DNA of 64,000 bases from Welwitschia mirabilis (taxonomy: Eukaryota): contig JBOZIK010000001.1 in the NCBI GenBank assembly GCA_051453625.1, forward strand, positions 43,416,308 through 43,480,307, read 5' to 3'. Below the pieces are notes generated by a model. That model saw only the letters and a program-made list of their open reading frames with translations, did not search any database and was not told the origin of the DNA. Below are positions 1-11,514 of the stretch, one piece after another (the stretch's first letter is position 1; the number at the start of each line of letters is the position of its first letter). Both the position numbers and the translations under genes were made by a program.

Positions 1-108
1 TCAGCACTATAGTTTTGTCAGATATTTTCTTTTACCTATCTTAGTTTTTATTGTTAAAAAGTTGGCTTGCAAACATAGTTTATCACCTGGTTTTGTCAGG
101 GACTGATA

Positions 109-230
109 AGGCTAAGTGAGGGGCTATGCTGCGCCGCCAACTTAAGTGTATTTGATAGTGTATTTTAAGTTGTTTTGCAGATAAAATAATAGATAAATGC
201 TCAGTTTCTATGACTATTAACATTCAAGGA
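109..230 (+). mobile_element. Athila-like PPT followed by the 5' start of an LTR, cut by an N-gap
   Basis: GGCTAAGTGAGGGGCTA (110-126) then TGCTGCGCCGCCAAC...; reverse complement of the LTR-end/PPT junctions at 42062-42095 and 15320-15347. Confidence 0.8.
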
Positions 231-959
231 NNNNNNNNNNNNNNNNNNNNNNNNNNNNNNNNNNNNNNNNNNNNNNNNNNNNNNNNNNNNNNNNNNNNNN
301 NNNNNNNNNNNNNNNNNNNNNNNNNNNNNNNNNNNNNNNNNNNNNNNNNNNNNNNNNNNNNNNNNNNNNNNNNNNNNNNNNNNNNNNNNNNNNNNNNNNN
401 NNNNNNNNNNNNNNNNNNNNNNNNNNNNNNNNNNNNNNNNNNNNNNNNNNNNNNNNNNNNNNNNNNNNNNNNNNNNNNNNNNNNNNNNNNNNNNNNNNNN
501 NNNNNNNNNNNNNNNNNNNNNNNNNNNNNNNNNNNNNNNNNNNNNNNNNNNNNNNNNNNNNNNNNNNNNNNNNNNNNNNNNNNNNNNNNNNNNNNNNNNN
601 NNNNNNNNNNNNNNNNNNNNNNNNNNNNNNNNNNNNNNNNNNNNNNNNNNNNNNNNNNNNNNNNNNNNNNNNNNNNNNNNNNNNNNNNNNNNNNNNNNNN
701 NNNNNNNNNNNNNNNNNNNNNNNNNNNNNNNNNNNNNNNNNNNNNNNNNNNNNNNNNNNNNNNNNNNNNNNNNNNNNNNNNNNNNNNNNNNNNNNNNNNN
801 NNNNNNNNNNNNNNNNNNNNNNNNNNNNNNNNNNNNNNNNNNNNNNNNNNNNNNNNNNNNNNNNNNNNNNNNNNNNNNNNNNNNNNNNNNNNNNNNNNNN
901 NNNNNNNNNNNNNNNNNNNNNNNNNNNNNNNNNNNNNNNNNNNNNNNNNNNNNNNNNNN

Positions 960-1033
960 AGCATTTATCTGTTAGTTTATCTGCAAAACAACTCAAAATA
1001 CACTATCAAATACACTTAAGTTGGTGGCGCAAC
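960..1033 (-). mobile_element. 5' end of an Athila-like LTR, cut by an N-gap
   Basis: Ends ...TTGGTGGCGCAACA; near-identical reverse complement of 127-201. Confidence 0.8.
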
Positions 1034-1290
1034 AATTATCAACTCATTCATAAAGCCCAAGTCAAGTTTAAACATGACAAAAAGATTCTCTATAAGAACT
1101 TTGAACCTCATTAACTTATCATTTTATACAATACCTAAGTACACCTTTTAAGCAACAAGTTAATTGATAAATGGTTAGATCCTTATCTTATAGAAAAACT
1201 ACATCCCAATGGCTCAGTTGAAATCTCCAATCCAAATAATGGAGAAATTGAAAAAGTCAATGAACAAAGACTAAAAATTTATGAGTAATC
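1034..1290 (+). pseudogene. pol: Ty3/gypsy integrase C-terminal (GPY/F) fragment
   Basis: Reads KFKHDKKILYKNFEPH*LIILYNT*VHLL...KWLDPYLIEKLHPNGSVEISNPNNGEIEKVNEQRLKIYE; homologous to 50780-51044 (-). Confidence 0.8.
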
Positions 1291-3478
1291 TATTGATGAA
1301 ATCTTTAACATGATAGAAGCACTTATCTTAGAAGCCCCTCTTAATAAGGAGGACTTTTCTCTTATCATTATGTAAGTTCTTCTTAACTCGTTCCTTGGTT
1401 AAACATCATGCTATTACTTGAGTATATTTAACTTGGCTTATGTATTTACTTTATGAATTTACCATGATTAGTAATCTTTTACTTGTGAATTTTAAAATGT
1501 TAATATTAGATTCACACAATCTTAAGACATTCATATGTCCATGAGCATCACTTAAAAGGAAGATGCTTTGATTCTTTTATTCTCTTTCAATGATGTGAGT
1601 AATTAATTATTTTTGCATGTCCTTACTTATTTCTCATCTCATTACTTTACTTTTATCCTTATGAGTAATTGGTCATGTAGATATTTTTATTTTTAAAAAA
1701 AGAAGAAAAAGAATAAAAAAAGAAACAAAAGAAATAAAGGCCATGATCTTTTGTATATAAGCTAAAACCATGATCACCATGATATCCTACTTCAAGCGCA
1801 TCAGGGTAATTTTTTTTGAGAGAAGCCTTTAGCTGTATGATATGATAGCTATAAAAACTCCACTAGAGGGTTCTTACGCCTTTGATAGTGGTTGCATTTA
1901 ATTCATCATAACAGAATAAATTTGACCTTGAGGCTGTGAGATTAGTAATGTTCCTAGTATCATCAGAGGCATTACTTGTCTTTTAGACTGCTTTTTAATA
2001 AAGTATTTCCACATAATCATTTCATTTTTTTTGATTATAGTGTTGTTTTGATACTTACACTAGTGAATTTATGTTCTAATAGCTTTTTATCTTATCATTT
2101 ATTATTTGATAGAATTAGACATTCTTAACATCATTATAATCATTGCCTATTTGAATGGTACTTTTGAGCTTTTACATACTGTCATGCATTTTTCAGCTAA
2201 TGATTTTATGATTTTTACCAAATAAATTTGTAGGTTAGAATTTAGGATAAGTAAACAATCTTATTTATGTCTCTAGTTATTGTTTTTTATTTTTTTTTAC
2301 ATGTTTTATTGTGTTTTTCCAAGTTATTTCTATACTTTTTCAATATAGTATTGTGGATCTAATAATTTTAGTAGTTTCCTATTGATATTACTCATAGGTT
2401 TTTATCCATGAGGGTTGTTATCCTTTTTATTTTAATATATGATCATGATACTTTCTCTTTTGACTTTTAATTTTTTAATTTTTACATGCTTCTTGAGTTC
2501 AGGCATATTTGAAGAGTTTTCTTTCGCATTGCTTCCTTCGACTTAGTGTATTATTATGATCTCATTCTTTTCTATTTAATGTCCTTTTTTTTCATAAGTC
2601 TCTTTTTATCAGGATTATGTTTTTAAGGATAATTATTTACTTTGTACCTTCTTCCTGATGTTTTTGTTGCTTAGTTAATGCTTGACTACTTTTAGACTTT
2701 TTTTGGTTTTTCCTATTTTTCCAACATCTCATTTAAGTAGTGTCATCTTACATATGTCATCCTCACAATAGAGAGAATGACAATCATCCTTTTCAATCTT
2801 TTGCAATCCAAGAAATCTTGCTTAATCTATGGTAAGCAGGGGGTAACAGAACATCTTTTTGAATTTCTTAAGAAATATTAAATTAAAATTTTAAGTTTAT
2901 AAGGATCATTTTTTAGCTTTTGTGATACATATTTGTGATGCGTTGTGTGGATATGATTTCATATTACTTAAATAAAATTTCATGGAATGTATCTAGTAAA
3001 AGCATAGTAGCACACTTATAGAGTTTTCTTATATCTATGTTTTAGAACATATAAGACATTATGAATAACAAAAAAAATGTTATGATTAATTTTATACTTT
3101 ACTCCTTGTAGAATATTAATGCACTTGTAGACATCATTATTTGAGTTATTACTACTTAATTTTTATACATTAGATTTAGTATTACTATCTTGAATTATGT
3201 ATATACATTATCATTTTCTGAGCTATCATTATTACATTTGATAACTTTTTATGTGTGTATGATATTCATTTTTTCTATTGCGATGTGTTTAAGTAGGAGT
3301 CTTAGGAATATGAAGTATCTATGTCAGTTAATTATTTTTTTTTATGTCTATTCCTGCATGATAAAAATTGAACTCAAATTTACATTTTTTTAGCTTGTTG
3401 ATTATCTTAGTCAAATTTGCTTACAGTATAGTTTATCGCTCACTTTATCAAGAACCAATAAGACTAAGTAGGTGGCTA
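1291..3478 (+). mobile_element. Athila-like long 3' non-coding region ending in a PPT (GACTAAGTAGGTGGCTA, 3462-3478)
   Basis: Collinear with the reverse complement of 57703-60880; contains the conserved block at ~1800-1980. Confidence 0.75.
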
Positions 3479-4667
3479 TTTTGTGATGCCAATTTGTAGG
3501 AATTTTATGGTGTGTTTTAAGCACATTTATAGAACATTTATATAGGTTTGGATGCAATTATGATGATTATGGATAATTGATGGGATATTTATTAAAACAT
3601 GTAATTTTTAGCATATTTTAAGGCATCTTAAGCTTATTTTAATACTTCATATCTTGAAGGAATGATTAACCATGCAAAAGGCTAAGTTTTTTTTAAGATA
3701 AAAGATAGAGAGGCATAAAGCTGCAGAGTTAATTGTAGGGCCTAATGCTAATGGATCATCTTTTGATGTGGAGTAGGATTTCCATTATTATTCCCATGAT
3801 AGTTAGGATGACAACCATTTTATATGGATGGAAAGAATTATTTTTCTAATGGAGTCATGTGGCCTATGTGGATTTCTAGAGTTTCTTCTCTAACTCTTAG
3901 GGTTGATCTTCTATAACTTTAATGTAAAACTATAAATATCCTTCCTTTCCTTCACTTTAATTTCTATCTTTTGTATTAGACATTTTTGTGATAGAAGATT
4001 GAAAGGCAAGAGATTCATTCATTAGCTACAGAGAGAATATTACCTTGGTGTTAGGCCAAGTATCTTCCATTGAGGTGCTGCTACTTTATTCTAAGTAGAT
4101 GTTAAATTGATGATTAATTCAAGAACTTTTTTCACTCCTATTATGTAAACGTCCCTTATAGTTTAAATTGGTTATGGTTTAGTGATAACTTCATAGTTTA
4201 CTTAGATCATAAAAAAAACCTTTGCTAAGGTTGACTTTGTTAGTTTAGATCTTGCATTGTATTTCATTTTTTTCCATTCCCACATTTGTATTATTCATAT
4301 TCTATTTAACATATCTTATAGTTTATATTAGTTAGAAATAAGTGATAAACTCTTCTTAACTGAACTAAGGACTAATTCTTGTGATAGAAAGATTGGAATT
4401 CAAATAGAATCATTACACTAATATTTCATTTATTTCACTTTTTCATCTTTACTTTTTATTGTATTAAATTGTTGTTTTTTTATTTACTAAAATAGAAAAG
4501 ACTAAAATACTTTGTGAAATTAATTTTATAACTTCTAGCCTAGTACCTTTAACAAATTACAACATTTGGGTAATTATTGTTTATACTAGTGTGTATTTTC
4601 TACAAGTACTGTGATTTATAGGTTTTTGCCTAGGGACTTAAAGATTGCATAAATTCACACTGCAATA
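3479..4667 (+). mobile_element. Athila-like 3' LTR
   Basis: Follows the PPT; ends GCATAAATTCACACTGCAATA (decayed ...TGCAACA); homologous to the reverse complement of LTR 56338-57702; TATAAAT at ~3931. Confidence 0.8.
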
Positions 4668-4934
4668 ACCACCTATGTTTAATGAAATAAATATGCCTAC
4701 TAGAAGGCCAATATGAGAGTATTACTTAGATCCTTAGATGTATACATAGAGGAGATAATTCACAATGGATATTTCATGTCCACATTGTCCAAAACCAATA
4801 TAAATGAAATCACCATAGTGGTAGAAAAATATTGGAATCAATGGACTTCCACTAAAAAAGTCAAGGCTATCCTAGGTGCAGATGCTCTGAATGAAATTTT
4901 TTATATAATATATGCATATGAGTTTAATGTTTAA
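4668..4934 (+). pseudogene. gag: Ty1/copia gag N-terminal fragment, abutting the Athila LTR end
   Basis: PPMFNEI..AY*KANMRVLLRSLDVYIEEIIHNGY; paralogous to 6350-6610. Confidence 0.7.
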
Positions 4935-4963
4935 CTATTATTTACCAATTGAAGTCAAACTAA

Positions 4964-6252
4964 TGTTTTTTATGTAGAGAAATGTATTATATTTTGTGTA
5001 GAAAATATTGATCACTTATAGGTGAGAAGTTAAAATATTATATGTCACATTTTAATCCTAAAACCTATCAAGTTTTAATACCCTCTTAAGGGATTAACCA
5101 AACTTCTAAGGATTGACTACACTTAAAGTAAGCACATAAAAGTGAACTAAATTAAGAGGGATTGACTAGATATTCGAGGTATTGATTGGACTTGTAAACA
5201 TAAGCACTATACATCCAGTACTTCTAAACCAATCATTAAGGGTGGATCGAACATCTAAGGGATCAACCGGATTTAAGCACTATGGATCTAATACTTTTAA
5301 ACCCATCATCAAGGGATCAACTAGAAATATAAGGATTTGACTAGATCTTAGTAATGTACATCTGATACTTTTTAGCTAATCATCAAGGGGTTGACCTAAA
5401 ACTTGAGGAGTCAGTTGGACCTATGTAACTAAGTATCAATACTTCACAACTGATTTAGAAGGGATCAATCAAATTCCTAAAGAATTAAGTATACATGAAG
5501 CCATAAGAAATTGGATCAACTAAAAGAACACAAAGGTCGTCAATTTAAGTGATGGCACTAAGTAGGATCAACTAAAATTTTGAGGAATCCACTAGCTGTG
5601 ATAGAAAGGTAAATTTTTATAGCTATTAGGTATCTAATTTATGTTATTTGAAAAATATTTTCACTTATAAAAACCCTAAAAGTATTTTATTATATATTGC
5701 TAAGAGTCAAAACCATTTTACTAGATTTTTAGTCAAACTTTTAAATATTTTAGATTTTTTGTTATACTCATTTGGCATCCCATTCTTGATCAAAGACAAA
5801 CCAAAATTTGTGGTATCTTTGCATATGTGGTCAGACATGTAGCACCTTTTATTTTTATATTATACCATTTTCTAAAGAAGTGCTTAAATATTATTCTTGA
5901 GCCAAAGATCAAGTGATAGCTATGCATTTAAGCATACTATCACCAGTACTACACATTTTTGTAAAAGGTTACAAATGGCCTTTCAATACCTAAAAGAGAT
6001 CAACAAAAACCTAGGTTAGGCTTGGATAGAAGTTAATAATTGAGATTAAAGTAAGGGGTTTTCCCAAATTACTATAAAAATTATATGCTTCTAATTGGTA
6101 TTTTTGTACTTTATATCATTTTATTTTTTGAATAGTTTTAGTTTTCTTGCACAAGTTCTTAGAGATTCATTTTATGTAAGTTAATATTGTAAAGTTATTT
6201 AAATATTTTTAATAAACTTATTCACTATCCTCTAGGGTTCGTAATCCTACTT
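4964..6252 (+). mobile_element. Sirevirus-type copia 5' LTR (5' boundary approximate)
   Basis: Array of GGATCGAC-like motifs at 5090-5595, TATAAAA at ~5667, TTATTCACTATCCTCTAG near the 3' end (decayed ATTCACCCCCTCT), directly followed by a PBS. Confidence 0.65.
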
Positions 6253-6253
6253 T

Positions 6254-6265
6254 TAGTATCAGAGC
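6254..6265 (+). promoter_or_regulatory. Primer binding site, tRNA-iMet
   Basis: TAGTATCAGAGC, one mismatch to the canonical TGGTATCAGAGC, ~50 nt upstream of the gag ATG. Confidence 0.85.
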
Positions 6266-6316
6266 TTTTTGAGTCTATGTTAAAATCCTAATAGGTCTAG
6301 AGTCTAGAACCCAAAA

Positions 6317-9065
6317 ATGAGTAACCCATCTAATCGTTTTTTCACTAGTCATTCAGCTATGTTTAATAGATTAAACTATGCTTATTAGAAAGCCTAAATG
6401 AGAATCTTCATTAGACCTTTAGATGTTGAAATCAAAGAGGTTATTTACAATGGATATATTGTGCCTACTTAAAAGAAAACTAATGCCAATAATAATACCA
6501 TTTTAGTTTCAAAAACCTGAGACCAATGGACTCCAACTAATAGATCCAAATCTATCATAGACTTCTATGCTCTTAATGCTATATTTTGTGTAGTTTGTAT
6601 AAATAAATTCAAATATATTGTAAATTGTAAATATGCAAAGGAGATATGGGATATTATCAGAGTTGCACATGAAGGAACATCTACTGTCAAATAGGCCAAA
6701 CTCCAAATGCTTATCTCTTGATTTGAAGACATTCATATGGAGGAGGAGGAGACTTTATAGGAATTATTCACTAGGCTTATCAACATCATAAATTCCATGT
6801 CCAGTCTTGGTAAAAGATTGGATGAGGTAAAAGTGATTTAAAAAGTGCTAAGATCCCTTTTAAAGATATTTAAACTGAAAGTCACAATAATTAAATAAAG
6901 CAAGAATATCAACATGATGATTCCAGAAGGACTTCAAGGTAATTTGCAAACATATGAATTAAAATTTTTAAAAGATATAAATAAGGGTATTGCTTTGAAG
7001 TATGTGTAAGGAAAGTATAGGCTAGATAAATCCAAGGAATGTTTAAATGATGATGAAATTTCTCTCCTAGCAAGAAGATTCAAGAAATTTTTGCACAAAA
7101 TAAAGAAGAAAGGTAAGCTAAGTAGAGGTACAAGAAGAGGACACTCAAAGTATAGAAATGATCAAGACAAAAAAAATATATCCAATTCTATACATGTAAA
7201 TGCTTTGGATATATGGCAAATGAGTACCCAAACAACAAAAGAGAATAAATAAAATCAAAGACATCTACATTTGTTACAACATGGGATAACGTAAATGAAG
7301 ATAATAATAGTAGTTTAGCTTAAGATTCAGATGAAAATAGAAGACTCTATTTCATGGCAATTGTGCCTCCATTATAGAACTTTCCTAGTACATTAGAACT
7401 TAATGATTAGGATGTCACTGAAGAAGATTAGGATGAGCTTAAAACATCTATTAGGAACTATACTTAAAATGTGAAAAGTTGTAAAGGACGTAAATGATCT
7501 AAACAAGATTGCAAAATCTCTCATCAAAGAAAAGGAGGAAATGAAATTGAAGTATAAAATGATCAAATTTGAAAATTTTAATTTTTTATTATAGGTAAAA
7601 GATTTATCTCATTTTCTCAATAAACTTTTTAGTAGTTCAACTAAATTGAGACAAATGATTAGAATTTGAAAATCATCTCATAAAAAGTCAGGTATTAATT
7701 TCATTCCTCTAAAACTACAAATTTAGCAAAATCAGGTAACTTGGAAAAATAAGTTTATTTTTAAAGTTACTTATCATTTTTATGGTAAGTTAGGTCATTC
7801 AAAGCTATTTTTCAATGATAAAAAATTAATGTTATTTTTAAATTCAATTAATTGTTTCCATTTAAATTTACTACAAAAAGAGGTATACCACATCAGCATA
7901 AAAGGACTAAGTGGGTAAAAGCTAATGATTTGAAAAGTCTTTTAATCTAGATAGATTTTAAGGTTTTAAATGGTAGTAGGTGGTATTTAGATAGTGGATT
8001 CTTAATACATATGATGAAATACCAATCTAGATTCAAATAGTTGAGCGACTTTGATGGAGGAGAAGTTACTTTTGGGGATAATGAAAGAGTAAAAATCAAA
8101 TGTATTGGAAGCATCGGTGGAGGTAAGTTACTTAGAATAAATGAAGTTTTATATGTTAATGGTTTAAAGCATAATTTACTGAGCATTAGCCAAATTTATG
8201 AAAAAGGATATAAGATCATTTTTAATAGTTCTAAATGTGAAATTTTGCATGAAAAAACAAATGATGTTATCCTTAAATCAAATAGAATAGATAATGTTTA
8301 TAGAAGAGACCAATTGTTTTTCCCTTGTTATTTTGCTTATATTGCTCAAAAAGAGCTTTGGCATAAATGATTAGGTTATGTTAATTACAATCAATTGAAA
8401 ATGATTATTCGTAAAGACATTATCAATGGTATTCCTAAAATAAATGTTGAAAAACATGGCTTATGTGATGTGTGCCAAAAGCAAAAACAAACAAGAACAT
8501 CACATAAGAGTAAAAACCAAGTTTTCATAACTATGCCATTAGAGATCATTCATTTGGACTTGGTAGGCCCCACTCAAACTCAAAGCCTAAGTGGTAAATG
8601 CTATTTTCTTACTATGGTTGATGATTTCTATAGATGTACATGGGTTGCATTTCATTCAAATAAATCTAAAACTTACAAATATTAAATTAAGATATGCAAC
8701 AAAATTCAAAATAAGAAAGGGTATACCACAAAGAAAATAAGAAGTAATCATGGTGATGAATTTTAAAATCACTTATTTGAGAAGTATTACATATACAATG
8801 GAATTGATCACCAATTTTCAACCCATAAAATACCACATCAAAATGGTATTACTAAAGGAAAGAATAGAGTCCTCCAAGAAATGGAAAAAACTATGTTAAA
8901 TGACAAGGAGGTTTCAAAATTGTTTTGGGCTAAGGCTGTTAGCATTGCATGTTATATTATTAATAGAATTTATCTTAGATCCGATATGGATAAAACACCA
9001 TATGAATTGTGAAAAGGAAGACAACCTCATATTTTATATTTGAAAGTATTTAGAAGTAAATGTTA
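6317..9065 (+). pseudogene. gag-pol: Copia (SIRE/Maximus-like) gag-pol copy 1: gag with two decayed CCHC knuckles, protease, integrase
   Basis: MFNRLNYAY*KA*MRIFI; EIWDIIRVAHEGT; knuckle relics at ~7190 and ~7772; protease WYLDSG at 7981; LWHK*LGY; CDVCQKQKQ; IIHLDLVGP; TPHQNG; many stops and frameshifts; ends at a gap. Confidence 0.9.
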
Positions 9066-9165
9066 NNNNNNNNNNNNNNNNNNNNNNNNNNNNNNNNNNN
9101 NNNNNNNNNNNNNNNNNNNNNNNNNNNNNNNNNNNNNNNNNNNNNNNNNNNNNNNNNNNNNNNNN

Positions 9166-11510
9166 AAAGAAAAGGAGGAAATAAAATCAAAGTATTAAAA
9201 AAATAAATCTAAAATTTCATTATCATTTTATAGGTAAAACATTTATGTCATTTTGTTAATAAATTTTCTAGTAATTCATCTAAATTGAACAGATTCTTAA
9301 AATTTAAAATCTGACTTATGATAAGTTAGGTATTAACTTCATCCCCCAAAAACCACAAAGTTAGCAAAATTAGGTAACTTGGCAAAATAAATTTATTTCT
9401 AAAGTTACTTATCATTTCTATGGGAAGTCAAGTCATTTAAAGATATTTTGCAATGCTCAAAAATTAATGTTATTTTCAAATTCAGTTAGTTCCTTTCCAT
9501 TTAAATTTATTCCAAAAGAAGATGTACCATATTAGTTTAAAAGGACTAAGTGGATGAAAGCTAATGATTTGATAAATCACTTAATTCAGATAGCTTTCAA
9601 TCTTTTAAATGACAGTAGCTAGTAGTTGGATAGTGGGTGCTCATGACATATGATAGAAGACAAATCCAGATTTCAATAGTTGAGTAAATTTGATGGAGAA
9701 GAAGTTAATTTTAATGATAATGGAAGAGTAAAAATTGAAGGTATCAAAAGCATCAGTGGAGATAACTTACCTAGAATAAATGAAGTTTTATATATCGATA
9801 ATTTAAAGCATAATTTACTGAGTATTAATCAAATTTGTGACAAAGGTTATAAGGTCATTTTTGATAGGTCTAAATGTGTAAATTTTACATGGTAAAATGA
9901 ATAATATCATCCTTATAGCAAATATAATAGATAATGCTTATAGCATAGATTAATTATTTTTCCCTTGTTATTTTTCTCATGTTTCTCAAAAAGACATTTG
10001 GCATAAAAGTTTAGATCATGTTAATTATAATCAATTGAAAATGATTATTCATAAAGAAATTATCAAAGGTATTCTAAAATTAAATGTTGAAAAACATGAT
10101 TTATGTAATGATTGCCAAAAGGGAAAACAAATAAGAACTTTACATAAGAGTAAAAACCAAGTTTTCACAACTATTCCATTAGAACTCATTCATATGGACT
10201 TGGTAGATCCTGTTCAAACTTAAAGTTTAGGTGATAAACACTTGTTTATTACTATGATTGATGATTTCTCTAGATATGCTTGGGTTGTATTTCTTTCAAA
10301 CAAATCTAAAACTTACAAATATTGGGTTGAGATATGCAATAAAATTTAAAATGAGAAAGGGTATACCATGAAGAAAATAAGAAGTAATTATGGTGGTGAA
10401 TTCAAAAATCATTTATTTGAGAAGTATTTTATTAACAATGGAATTAATCATCAATTTTTAACTCCTAAAATACCATAACAAAATGGTAGTACTAAAATTA
10501 AAAATAGAGTCCTCCAAGAAATGGCAAGAACTATGTTAAATGATAAGGACATTCCAAAATAGTTTTGGGCTAAAGCTATTAGCACTACATATTATATTAT
10601 AAATGGGGTTTATCTTAGACCTAGTATGGATAAGGCTCCTGATGAGTTATAAAAAGGAAGACAACTAAATGTTTCATATTTTAAAGTATTTAAAAGTAAA
10701 TGTTATGTGCTAAAATATAGAGAACATTTAAGTAAATTTGAATCTAAAGCTGATGAAGCTATATTTTGAGATATTCCATTAAAAGTAGAGTTTATTTATT
10801 TTTAATAAGAGAAGTTTAACTATAGAAGAATTAATAAATGTACAAATTAATGATGTTGGCATGACTCCTATTTCTTCAAATGATAAGGAAGACATATCTC
10901 CAAGTACCTTCACAACTAAAGAAATGCCTACAGAAAAAGAGGAAGTCCTACAAAAGAAGTCATAACTAGAACGTTTAGATAGCTAAAAGATCATCCTTTA
11001 GGGTATATTATTAGAGTAGATAGTTCAAAGATAAAAATAAGGAGCTCTATGAATAATTTTTGTGCCCACATTTATTATGTTTCACAAATAGAACTTAAGA
11101 AATTTGAAGAAGCTGAATCCCCTAAAGAATGAATGATGACCATGTAAGATGAATTACATCAATTTAAAAGAAATAATGTTTGAAAGCTTATAGAAAGACC
11201 AAAATATAAAAATATCATTGGGGCTCAGTGGAACTTTAAGAACAAACATGATAAAGAAAATAATGTCATCAAAAACAAAGTAAGATTAATAGGATAAGGA
11301 TATAACCAAATTGAAGGCATTGATGTAATGACACATTTACTTTGGTAGTAAGGCTTGATAGTATTAGAATGTTTTTATCATTTGCAGCCTTTAAGAAAAG
11401 TGTATTAAATGGATGTAAAGGGTGCTTTCTTAAATGGAACTCTAAATGAAAAAGTGTATATAGAAGAACTATAATGGTTTATAAATTCTCAAAAATATGA
11501 CCATGTTTCT
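9166..11510 (+). pseudogene. gag-pol: Copia gag-pol copy 2: gag end, protease, integrase, RT N-terminus (truncated)
   Basis: Restarts at the position equivalent to 7526; LDSGCS*HM at ~9626; IHMDLVDP; M*DELHQFKRNNV*KL and MDVKGAFLNGTLNEKVYIE (copia RT) at 11140-11470. Confidence 0.9.
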
Positions 11511-11514
11511 CGGT

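Noticed and set aside
7526..10685. Single copia element with a genuinely duplicated pol
   Set aside because: The two copies meet at a 100-N gap of unknown size and are clearly diverged; most simply two elements
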